From Candidatus Saccharimonadales bacterium (GTDB lineage Bacteria; Patescibacteriota; Saccharimonadia; Saccharimonadales; JAGPDM01): a DNA stretch of 61,868 nt. Under the pieces are notes generated by a model, which saw only the letters and a program-made list of their open reading frames with translations, made no database searches and had not been told where the DNA came from. The position numbers and the translations under genes were made by a program. Shown piece by piece: positions 27,198 through 35,727 of this stretch. The first letter of the stretch is position 1; every line of letters starts with the position of its first letter. The DNA lies in the NCBI GenBank assembly GCA_044227985.1, contig JBGAVT010000004.1, positions 1 to 61,868 of the forward strand. Direction: 5' to 3'.

Positions 27198-29804
27198 ATG
27201 ATTTCAAAAAGTGCCAGCTCATATTTTCAACATCTAATACAAGTCAGATCGATATTCCTCGGTTTGATTGGTCTCGCATTGCTCGGATTTGCAATCGTAC
27301 CGATTAATAGTACCAACGCATCTTACCCAGGTGGTGATTGGGACAGTAACGCTATCATCCGTGGCGGTGTTGGGTCTTGCGGTGAATTAGCCAGTAAGAT
27401 CAACGAGAGCGATGCAGAGGCTCGTCAAACTTTCCAAATAACTGGCGTATCAGCGAATCAAGCTTGTTCGGCTGTTAGCGGAACTGTTACACGCGACAAC
27501 AAAGTTATCGTTGACGGTAAGGTTGTTGCACAAAATGTTTATACATTCGGTCGCGAAGATATTCCAGGATCTCAGGCATTAAGTGGTGGTGCATGGCAGC
27601 GACATCCTAGTGTTTCATTCAGAAGTGCTTCGATTCCAGCTTATGTTTACATGGTCAATGGTCAGTTTAAGTGGGCAGTTATTAAAACTTGTGGTAATCC
27701 AGTGATAGGCACCCCTACCTACATACCAAAAATACCAAACCCTCGTTACGATATTACTAAGAAGGTGAATCTTGATCTTAACGCCAATACTGATACTGCT
27801 TTTTTCTTGGGATCAAAAAGTGTTCAGGCAAAACAAGGCCAAAAGGTTCGTTTCATTTCTCAGTCATCTAACCTGGGCAATGTTAAGCTCAATGGCGCAA
27901 TAACAGATACATTACCAAGTGGCACTACTTTTGTAAGCGGTAGTTGGCAGGTTAAGCGTGGTGGTAAAATTGTTGGTAAGGGAGAAGTTGGTCGTGTTGG
28001 AAATGGTTATGCGGCTTGGTATAGTCTTGATCCGGGTGATGAGATAAAGATAAATATTGTTGCAACATATAATACTAATGTACGAGTGAGGAATGTTGCC
28101 TGTACAAAAGCCCAAGAAATAGCTCAAACACTCTGCGATGATGCATTTGTAACTCCAACACCTACACCTGTTGTCAAAATACCTGGTTTCAAGATTAGTA
28201 AAAAAGTTACTACAGATCTAAAAGCAAGTACAGACTCCGCTTATTTTTATGGTAAAGAAGGCGTTCAAGCTAGCAAGGGTCAGCAAGTTCGTTTTCTCAC
28301 TATGGCAGAGAATACTGGTGATTTAGATTTGAATGCGAGTGTACTCGATAAACTTCCAGCTGGTACTACGTATGTATCTGGTAAATTCCAGCTCAAAAAG
28401 AACCTTAAGACTATTGCTACTGGAAACTTAACAAAATATGGATCCGAATATGGTTGGAAGGGCAATTTACCAGTTGGTGGTGAGGTAAAGCTCGATATCC
28501 TGGTTGTCTATAATACTGAAGAAACTGTAAAAAATATTGCTTGTATCACAGCACCAGAAATTCCAGGTAAAGAAGATTGTGACGACGCATATATCATTCC
28601 TAAAAAGGATGCTGAATGTGTTAGCTTGAAGGCAGAAAAAATTGGCACAAATCAGTATAAATTCAAAGTTGCTGGTCGAACTAGCGGCGGTGCAACGATT
28701 AATAGCTTTAAGATGGACTACGGTGATGGCCAGACTCAAACACTTAATAAGTCAGGCAGCGGCTCAGTCACTACGGAATCGACCCACAAGTACGCTGATG
28801 CTAATGCTTCACCAACTGTTATCGCCACAGCAGTTACCTCGCTCGGGGATAAGACTAGTCCAGGTTGTCAAACTATCGTGAAGATTACGCTACCAGAAGC
28901 TGCTTGTGTCAGCTTATCGGCTAATACAGTCGATAGAGCAACTCGAGAATTTACCGTTCAAGCTACAGCTCAGAACGGCGCGGTGATCAACCAGTATGTG
29001 TTTGATTTCGGTGATGAGCAAGTTATCTCGAGCAAAGTTCCAAAGACTAAAATTACATTTAAAGACCCAGGTCAATATACCGTAACCGCTAAGCTTAAAA
29101 CTAATATAGGCGATAAAACTAGCGAAGCCTGTAAAGTAACTGTTAATATCTCAGAAGAAGACCAACCAGCGCTTGATGTCGAAAAGAGGGTTACTACTAA
29201 TGTAAATGCATCGATTGACGAAGCCGGTTTTGCAGCTGCTCAAGAACTTGTTGAGATAAAGCCGAAGGCTGAAGTCCGATTCCTTATCAAAGCCACCAAC
29301 ACTGGAAATATTGCACTGAAGAATGTGAAATTGCGTGATGTTCTACCGGAAGGCCTTACGCTTGCTAGCGGTGAACAGAACCCGACTATAGATAATCTCG
29401 AACCAGGAGCTAGCGTTTACTTTGCTGTTAATGCAATTGCTAGTGACAGTATTGGAGCAGCTACAGTCACTAACGTTGTCTGTATTGCACATGACACCAA
29501 CGAAGACGGTAAGACAGATCTAAATTGTAATGCAAATAAATGTCCGAAAAATCCTGACATTGCTAAGGGTGAAGATCTCGTTGACTGTGATGACGCCCGA
29601 GTTAAAATTGTACCTGACATCACTGTGACACCCGGCCCTGAAACACCAGGATCAATTCCGAAGACTGGGCCAATCACTAGTGCTATCGCTGGAATCGTTT
29701 TTATTGGCTTAAGTGTTCGCACCTGGATAACTTCAAGAAGAAAGCTACTGAGTGCTCAGCTTAAGCCAGTAGCGAATCAGACTAATCATCAGGTGAATAA
29801 ATAA
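27198..29804 (+). CDS. large surface protein: 3 DUF11-type repeats plus 2 PKD-like domains, LPXTG-like sorting signal
   Basis: Start is ATG 27198 after SD AAAGGAAG (MISKSASSYF..., signal/anchor). Three units of about 130 aa end in C..A......CDDA. Two units carry (M/F)D(Y/F)GD(G/E)Q. The C-terminus is IPKTG (29655-29669), a hydrophobic span, then SRRK. Confidence 0.8.
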   Translation: MISKSASSYFQHLIQVRSIFLGLIGLALLGFAIVPINSTNASYPGGDWDSNAIIRGGVGSCGELASKINESDAEARQTFQITGVSANQACSAVSGTVTRDNKVIVDGKVVAQNVYTFGREDIPGSQALSGGAWQRHPSVSFRSASIPAYVYMVNGQFKWAVIKTCGNPVIGTPTYIPKIPNPRYDITKKVNLDLNANTDTAFFLGSKSVQAKQGQKVRFISQSSNLGNVKLNGAITDTLPSGTTFVSGSWQVKRGGKIVGKGEVGRVGNGYAAWYSLDPGDEIKINIVATYNTNVRVRNVACTKAQEIAQTLCDDAFVTPTPTPVVKIPGFKISKKVTTDLKASTDSAYFYGKEGVQASKGQQVRFLTMAENTGDLDLNASVLDKLPAGTTYVSGKFQLKKNLKTIATGNLTKYGSEYGWKGNLPVGGEVKLDILVVYNTEETVKNIACITAPEIPGKEDCDDAYIIPKKDAECVSLKAEKIGTNQYKFKVAGRTSGGATINSFKMDYGDGQTQTLNKSGSGSVTTESTHKYADANASPTVIATAVTSLGDKTSPGCQTIVKITLPEAACVSLSANTVDRATREFTVQATAQNGAVINQYVFDFGDEQVISSKVPKTKITFKDPGQYTVTAKLKTNIGDKTSEACKVTVNISEEDQPALDVEKRVTTNVNASIDEAGFAAAQELVEIKPKAEVRFLIKATNTGNIALKNVKLRDVLPEGLTLASGEQNPTIDNLEPGASVYFAVNAIASDSIGAATVTNVVCIAHDTNEDGKTDLNCNANKCPKNPDIAKGEDLVDCDDARVKIVPDITVTPGPETPGSIPKTGPITSAIAGIVFIGLSVRTWITSRRKLLSAQLKPVANQTNHQVNK

Positions 29805-29832
29805 CAACGAAAAAAGAAAGAGTGGGTGAGAT

Positions 29833-30333
29833 ATGAAGGATAAACTACCGATATTTATCATCGTGGCAGTGGCACTAGTTGGCGCTATGGGGGCACTTAT
29901 ATGGTTTTCTCAAATAAAGCGATTTGATGCCGAAAATGCAACGATTACCTATGTTGAGAGTAAAGCCGATAATCAGCAAGTTGAAATAGCCTTTACACAG
30001 GGACAGGCTGGCTTATCTGTTAATCGTGGTGATAGTATCACGACTCTTGGCCTAACTACTGATCAGCAAGACAAGATTATCGATCTCGTTAACAAAACTA
30101 CTAGACTAGGTGAGGCACCAGTTAGCAATGAAGCTTGTGATGACAATCTGCCTGAGGCCGATAGTTGGCTCGAAATCTCTGATAGTGAAAATAGCGGCAT
30201 TACCTATTTCTGTTCTGGAATAGGTGTTGATGAAAATGGAAATCTCAAAGGACCAATTCAGGATATTTTACGCGAGATTAATGTTATCGAAGATAACTTC
30301 AAGCCAGCAAGTACTGAGCCAGAACAAGGATAA
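29833..30333 (+). CDS. N-terminally anchored hypothetical protein
   Basis: 166 aa with a single N-terminal hydrophobic span. Confidence 0.5.
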   Translation: MKDKLPIFIIVAVALVGAMGALIWFSQIKRFDAENATITYVESKADNQQVEIAFTQGQAGLSVNRGDSITTLGLTTDQQDKIIDLVNKTTRLGEAPVSNEACDDNLPEADSWLEISDSENSGITYFCSGIGVDENGNLKGPIQDILREINVIEDNFKPASTEPEQG

Positions 30334-30337
30334 TATA

Positions 30338-30793
30338 TTGATCGACAAAGCCCCCGATTTTTCTTTGCTCGATCAAGTCGGAAATCGACATAGCCTTGAG
30401 GATTATAGAGGTGGCTGGTTAGTTATCTACTTCTACCCAAAAGATGATACGCCTGGTTGTACTACTGAGGCTTGCAGCATTCGTGATGTACGTACTGAGT
30501 TAGAGGAAGTTGGCGCGAAGGTTGTTGGCATCAGTCGTGATGATCAAGGAAGCCACCAACAGTTTACCGAAAAATATAATCTAAATTTTACAATTCTGAG
30601 TGATACTAATACCGAAGTTACAAAGAAGTATGGTGCATGGGGGCAAAACCAGAAGGGAAGTGACGGGGTTTTAAGAAAAACTTTTATTATCAACCCAAGT
30701 GGTGAGATAGCTAAGACTTATATCGATGTAATTCCGGAGGGGCACGGAGAAGAGATTGTTGTTGATCTCGTAGAGCTTCAGAATCATAGTTAG
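30338..30793 (+). CDS. bcp: thioredoxin-dependent peroxiredoxin Bcp
   Basis: FYPKDDTPGCTTEAC is the peroxidatic Cys motif. TTG 30338 follows AAGGA (30326-30330) by 7 nt and gives a typical length of about 151 aa. The ORF-track ATG 30224 would overlap the upstream gene by 110 nt. Confidence 0.85.
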   Translation: MIDKAPDFSLLDQVGNRHSLEDYRGGWLVIYFYPKDDTPGCTTEACSIRDVRTELEEVGAKVVGISRDDQGSHQQFTEKYNLNFTILSDTNTEVTKKYGAWGQNQKGSDGVLRKTFIINPSGEIAKTYIDVIPEGHGEEIVVDLVELQNHS

Positions 30794-30796
30794 AAA

Positions 30797-31582
30797 GTGA
30801 ATAGTATATTCGTCTTACGAATAGCGTTATCATTTCTCGTAGGTGGTAGTTTTGTTGTAATTTTAATCAGAGCCTCGAAACTCTTTAGCTATCGTATAGC
30901 TGCAGCTGTTATGTCAACGCCGACCACAGTATTTGTCGGTTTGATATTTCTAACTTGGCAGGAGGGCGTTCAAGCCACAAGAGATGTTCTGCCACAATTG
31001 ATTATCTTTATTTTATGCAGTGTACTGTTTGCATATTTGTTTTCGATTGGTGGGAAGAGACGTACTTACTCTAGTAGGTTGGTTTCTGGTTTAATTGGGT
31101 GGTTAGTAGCTGCCTTATTGACTGCAGTTTCGACTCGAGGTATTACTATTATTAACGCAGTAGTCCTAGGCTCGTTATTTCTAGCCGCTTTTCATATCTT
31201 GTTCACAATTACTTTTCATACCAAAAAAATTAAAACTAAAGGAGCACCCGAACACTTGCTGTATCGATTCTTTGCATCAGGTATATTGATGTCGATAGCC
31301 GTTATTTCAGCAAAGTTACTAGGTCCATTTTTTGGTTTTATAACCTCGACACTTCCAGTGATGTACTCATTAAGCCTCAGCTTTATATTGAAGGATCAAG
31401 GTATAGTATATTTACATAATCTCGTACGCACGATTCCTAAGATGGTCGTTAGCATACTTTTATTCCAAGTTGCCCTCTGGTCCTTACTAGCTATCTATAA
31501 TCCGTATATCGCATTTCTTGGAGCCTGGGTATTGTCACTTTGTTATGCAGTTATTATCTCTCGTACTCTTGATAAGATGTAG
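30797..31582 (+). CDS. multi-pass membrane protein, hypothetical (GTG start)
   Basis: 261 aa with about 7 hydrophobic spans. Confidence 0.5.
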   Translation: MNSIFVLRIALSFLVGGSFVVILIRASKLFSYRIAAAVMSTPTTVFVGLIFLTWQEGVQATRDVLPQLIIFILCSVLFAYLFSIGGKRRTYSSRLVSGLIGWLVAALLTAVSTRGITIINAVVLGSLFLAAFHILFTITFHTKKIKTKGAPEHLLYRFFASGILMSIAVISAKLLGPFFGFITSTLPVMYSLSLSFILKDQGIVYLHNLVRTIPKMVVSILLFQVALWSLLAIYNPYIAFLGAWVLSLCYAVIISRTLDKM

Positions 31583-31639
31583 TAGCAGGCGTATAGTTTA
31601 AGTGTTCAATTAAACATTTAAACAAATTTGGAGAAAATT

Positions 31640-32224
31640 ATGAAAATTGTACTTGTGTCTGGTAGTAGTCGAAAGGATAGTCAATCGATCAAAGTCGCCA
31701 ACTGGCTCAGTGAGCAACTGGAGAAGCTTGAGGTAGAAACAGAGATTGTAGACTTATATAAACATGAGCTACCAACCAACCACGAAGATATTTGGTCTGA
31801 TGTCATGGGAGAGCCTGCGATGAGCTTACAGAGAATTATCGAACCAGCAGATGGTTACGTAGTTATATCAGCAGAGTGGAATGGAATGGCACCTCCAGCC
31901 TTAAAAAATTTCTTCTGTTACGTTGGGAAATCTATGGCTGACAAGCCATCATTAATAGCTGCTGTTTCCTCAACGGCTCATGGCGGCGCCTATCCGATAT
32001 CTGAACTTCGGATGAGTAGCTACAAAAATGCGCGTATTCTTTATTTGCCAGAACATATTCGGATTATGAATGTTAATCAAGTCATGAATGGCGATACAGA
32101 TAACGGTGATATCGAAATCAGAGCTGCCTATTCTCTGAAAGTTCTAGTAGAGTACGCTAGAGCACTCAAGTCAGTTCGTAAGTCTGGTGTAACTGATTAT
32201 GAAACCTACCAAAATGGTATGTAA
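31640..32224 (+). CDS. NAD(P)H-dependent FMN reductase / flavodoxin-like fold protein
   Basis: MKIVLVSGSSRKDSQS is a typical N-terminus, and SAEWNGMAPPALKNF is also present. ATG 31640 follows SD GGAG. Confidence 0.7.
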   Translation: MKIVLVSGSSRKDSQSIKVANWLSEQLEKLEVETEIVDLYKHELPTNHEDIWSDVMGEPAMSLQRIIEPADGYVVISAEWNGMAPPALKNFFCYVGKSMADKPSLIAAVSSTAHGGAYPISELRMSSYKNARILYLPEHIRIMNVNQVMNGDTDNGDIEIRAAYSLKVLVEYARALKSVRKSGVTDYETYQNGM

Positions 32225-32297
32225 CAGATGAGATTTTGCTTTAGTTGCCAACGACATCTATACTAGAGGCTACGTACCATAAAGAGAGGAAAAGCTT

Positions 32298-33953
32298 ATG
32301 AAGGTGAGTGATATTTTTGTGAAGGCACTTGAAGCCGAAGGTGTTAAATATGTTTTCGGTGTTCCAGGGGAAGAAAATCAGGATTTACTATTTAGTATGG
32401 TGGAGAGCTCAATTACTTTTGTTCCAACTCGACATGAGAACGGTGCTGCATTCATTGCTGATGTCTGGGGGCGTCTCAGTGGTGAAGCCGGTGTCTGTCT
32501 AGGTACGCTCGGCCCTGGGGCAACCAATCTTCTCACTGGGGTAGCAGACGCTTACAGCGACAAAGCACCACTAGTTGTCATTACTGGACAGGGTGGCATT
32601 GAACGTATGCACCATGAGAGTCATCAGTACATTGATGTTATGGCTATGTATAAACCCATAACTAAATATTCAGCAACTATCCGAAGCCCTTCAATCGTAA
32701 CGGAGGTTATCCGTAAGGCCTTTAAAGAAGCAGAGTTCGAGAAACCAGGTGCGACTCATATCGAACTACCAGAGGACATCGCCAAGCTAGATGAAGCAGT
32801 TAAAACTGAACCACTACTACCAAAAAGAGTGCGTCGTGCAGCCGCAGATTACAAAGCCATTAGTCAAACCTTCGAACTAATTAAAAATGCAAAAAAACCA
32901 CTTATTTTAGCTGGTAATGGCGCTGTGCGAAAACTTGCTAGCAAGCATTTGACTGATTTGGCAGAAACTCACAAAATCCCAGTCGTCGGTACGTTCATGG
33001 GCAAAGGGTCTCTAAGCGACAAAAGTGAACAGAGCTTGATGGCAGTTGGGCTCGGCTTTAAGGATTTCGCTCTTGAAGCTTTCGAAGAAGCTGATCTGAT
33101 TATTAGTGTTGGTTATGATATTGGTGAGTATGCTCCACACAAGTGGAATCCAAATGGCGATAAGAAAATCGTCCATATCGATTTTGTGCCAGCTGAAGTT
33201 TATAGTCACTACCAGCCTGAAGTTGAAGTAATTTGTGATATCTCTGACGCACTTTGGCAGCTCAATCAACTGTTGATTGAGAAGAAGCCATCTTTCATTA
33301 AGGATTGGCACAAAGATATCCGCACTAGGCTTTATAATGATATAGCTAGCTACAAGCTTGAAGACGACGATCCTCTAACAACACCAGGTTGTCTCGATAT
33401 TATCCGTGAAGTTATGGACGATGATGGACTGCTGTTGAGTGATGTCGGATCACATAAGATGTGGATTGCTCGTAATTTTCCAACCTATGTACCGAACGGT
33501 ACGATTATCGGAAATGGTTTTGCTAGTATGGGCATCAGTCTCCCTGGTGGTATTGCTGCTAAGCTACTCGATCCGACACGACAAGTTGTGGCGGCACAAG
33601 GCGATGGTGGCTTTATGATGAACTCCCAAGAACTCGAAACTGCTCAGCGTATTGGTGTTGGTTTCACCAACGTTGTGCTCAACGACAATGACTACGGACT
33701 AATCAGCTGGAAGCAGCGAATGAACACTGGTGGAAAAGAAACTAGCACTAAACTAACGAATCCTGATTTCAAGAAGTATGCTGAGAGTTTTGGTATCAAT
33801 GGCTACAATCCGAAAACAGCCGGTGAGTTCCGTGAAACACTAAAGAAAACCCTCGCAAGCGGCGAGCTCTGTGTTATTGAAGCAGTGATTGACCCGAGCG
33901 TTAACCAAGCTCTCTTCGATAAAATGAAGAAATACTTCGCCGAAAAGAAATAG
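32298..33953 (+). CDS. thiamine-diphosphate enzyme, catabolic acetolactate synthase (AlsS)-like
   Basis: 551 aa. Has GVPGEEN, TLGPGATNL and the TPP motif GDGGFMMNSQELET...NDNDYG. No small-subunit gene is adjacent. Confidence 0.8.
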   Translation: MKVSDIFVKALEAEGVKYVFGVPGEENQDLLFSMVESSITFVPTRHENGAAFIADVWGRLSGEAGVCLGTLGPGATNLLTGVADAYSDKAPLVVITGQGGIERMHHESHQYIDVMAMYKPITKYSATIRSPSIVTEVIRKAFKEAEFEKPGATHIELPEDIAKLDEAVKTEPLLPKRVRRAAADYKAISQTFELIKNAKKPLILAGNGAVRKLASKHLTDLAETHKIPVVGTFMGKGSLSDKSEQSLMAVGLGFKDFALEAFEEADLIISVGYDIGEYAPHKWNPNGDKKIVHIDFVPAEVYSHYQPEVEVICDISDALWQLNQLLIEKKPSFIKDWHKDIRTRLYNDIASYKLEDDDPLTTPGCLDIIREVMDDDGLLLSDVGSHKMWIARNFPTYVPNGTIIGNGFASMGISLPGGIAAKLLDPTRQVVAAQGDGGFMMNSQELETAQRIGVGFTNVVLNDNDYGLISWKQRMNTGGKETSTKLTNPDFKKYAESFGINGYNPKTAGEFRETLKKTLASGELCVIEAVIDPSVNQALFDKMKKYFAEKK

Positions 33954-34003
33954 GCTTACTTGCTTCGGGTGTATAATTAACCATAGCTAATCAAGGAGGC
34001 GAT

Positions 34004-35365
34004 ATGAAATCAATAAATCCGGTGACTGAAGAGTTAATTAAAGAGTATAACGACCACAGTGGAGTCGAGGTAGACACTATTTTGAAATCTATGCAGCAAG
34101 ACTGGCTGTCATGGCGACAAACTGAATTTTCTGAGCGCTCGGAATATATGATTAGGATGGCTGAGATTCTTGAGGATAATACCGAAAAATACTCTAAACT
34201 AATGACTGATGAAATGGGCAAGACTGTTATTGATGGCATCAGCGAGATTAAAAAGTGTGCTTGGGCTTGTCGCTACTACGCCGCCAATGCAGAAGAATTT
34301 TTGACAGATGAACTTATTGAAACAGATCGAAAAAGGAGCTATATAAGTTATCAGCCAATTGGAATCGTCTTAGCTATCATGCCCTGGAACTTTCCATTTT
34401 GGCAGGTCATTCGTCAGATTGCACCATCCTTGATGGCGGGAAATGGCTTAGCGCTCAAGCATGCCAGTAACGTTCCAGGCTGTGCTTTGGCGATTGAAGC
34501 TTTGGTGCGTGAAGCCGGTTTTCCAGAAAACATAATGCGTACACTGCTAGTCCCAGGCCGAGAAACCGAACCAGTAATTAATCATCCGTTGATAAAAGCA
34601 GTTTCGATAACTGGTTCAACGCCAGCCGGACGCCAAGTAGCATCAACTGCGGGACATGCTCTCAAGAGAACAGTGCTTGAACTAGGTGGATCTGATCCGT
34701 ATATCGTTTTAGCAGACGCTGATCTTGAATTTGCCGCTAAAACTTGTGCTGCAAGCAGACTGATCAATGCCGGCCAGAGTTGCGTCGCTGCCAAACGATT
34801 TATAGTAGAGGATAGTGTTTATGAGGAATTCTCAAAACTGTTTGTAGATGCTATGCGCTCAGCTGAATGGGGTGACCCAAACAAGTCAACAACCAAAGTT
34901 GGCCCTATGGCCCGACGTGACCTACGCGACGAGCTACACGAGCAAGTCGTCCGCACCATCAGTGCAGGCGCTCAATTGCTTCTTGGTGGCGAAAAGCCAA
35001 CCGGACGCGGTGCCTATTATCCTCCAACCGTTCTTGGTGGAGTACGAAAAGGTATGCCTGCGTATAGTGAAGAACTTTTCGGACCAGTTGCTACCTTGAT
35101 TCGAGCTAGCAATGAAATTGATGCTATCCAAATCGCCAACGACACTGTATTCGGTCTTGGTGGCGCCATTTTTACTAAGGATGTTGAAAAAGGTGAGCGC
35201 TACGCTCGAAACGAGATTCAATCTGGTGTAGTTGCCGTGAATAATATGGTTATGAGTGATCCGCGTCTGCCGTTTGGTGGTATCAAAGAGTCAGGATATG
35301 GTCGTGAGCTTAGCAGTGTCGGTATCCATGAATTCGTCAATATCAAGACTGTCACCGTCGACTAG
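34004..35365 (+). CDS. NAD(P)-dependent aldehyde dehydrogenase (succinate-semialdehyde dehydrogenase-like)
   Basis: 453 aa with LELGGSDP, catalytic Cys context GQSCVAAKR and EELFGPV. Confidence 0.85.
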   Translation: MKSINPVTEELIKEYNDHSGVEVDTILKSMQQDWLSWRQTEFSERSEYMIRMAEILEDNTEKYSKLMTDEMGKTVIDGISEIKKCAWACRYYAANAEEFLTDELIETDRKRSYISYQPIGIVLAIMPWNFPFWQVIRQIAPSLMAGNGLALKHASNVPGCALAIEALVREAGFPENIMRTLLVPGRETEPVINHPLIKAVSITGSTPAGRQVASTAGHALKRTVLELGGSDPYIVLADADLEFAAKTCAASRLINAGQSCVAAKRFIVEDSVYEEFSKLFVDAMRSAEWGDPNKSTTKVGPMARRDLRDELHEQVVRTISAGAQLLLGGEKPTGRGAYYPPTVLGGVRKGMPAYSEELFGPVATLIRASNEIDAIQIANDTVFGLGGAIFTKDVEKGERYARNEIQSGVVAVNNMVMSDPRLPFGGIKESGYGRELSSVGIHEFVNIKTVTVD

Positions 35366-35370
35366 TTTTT

Positions 35371-35523
35371 ATGGTTGAAGATTTGCCGTGTCACGAAAAA
35401 CTCGCTTTTGATACTAAACACGATGCTGAAGCGTCGGCGGTTTATGTCAAGCACCGGCATGGTACGAAGCTAAAAGCATATACGTGTAAATATTGCCAGC
35501 TTTGGCACCTCTCGACCCATTGA
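35371..35523 (+). CDS. 50-aa Cys/His small protein, doubtful
   Basis: Hand-translated as MVEDLPCHEKLAFDTKHDAEASAVYVKHRHGTKLKAYTCKYCQLWHLSTH*. Has C-H ... CxxC..H spacing. Confidence 0.3.
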   Translation: MVEDLPCHEKLAFDTKHDAEASAVYVKHRHGTKLKAYTCKYCQLWHLSTH

Positions 35524-35727
35524 ATACAAATATATGAATTTAAAATAAAGACCGTTAATTTTGATAGAATATGTCGGTCTTTATACTGTCGCGTCTATAT
35601 TTGCTGATTATCAAGACTATCGATTAATTAATTGTATTCAGATAGCGCTTTAAGACAGTATTTTAATCGAGTTAATTATAGGGTATCTCGATAAATATAT
35701 TTTTGGGAAAAAAATTTAAAAACTAAA

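Noticed and set aside
30224-30337. Long form of Bcp starting at ATG 30224
   Set aside because: It would overlap the upstream gene by 110 nt and add a non-conserved 38-aa head. TTG 30338 has an AAGGA SD at the right spacing and gives the usual Bcp length.
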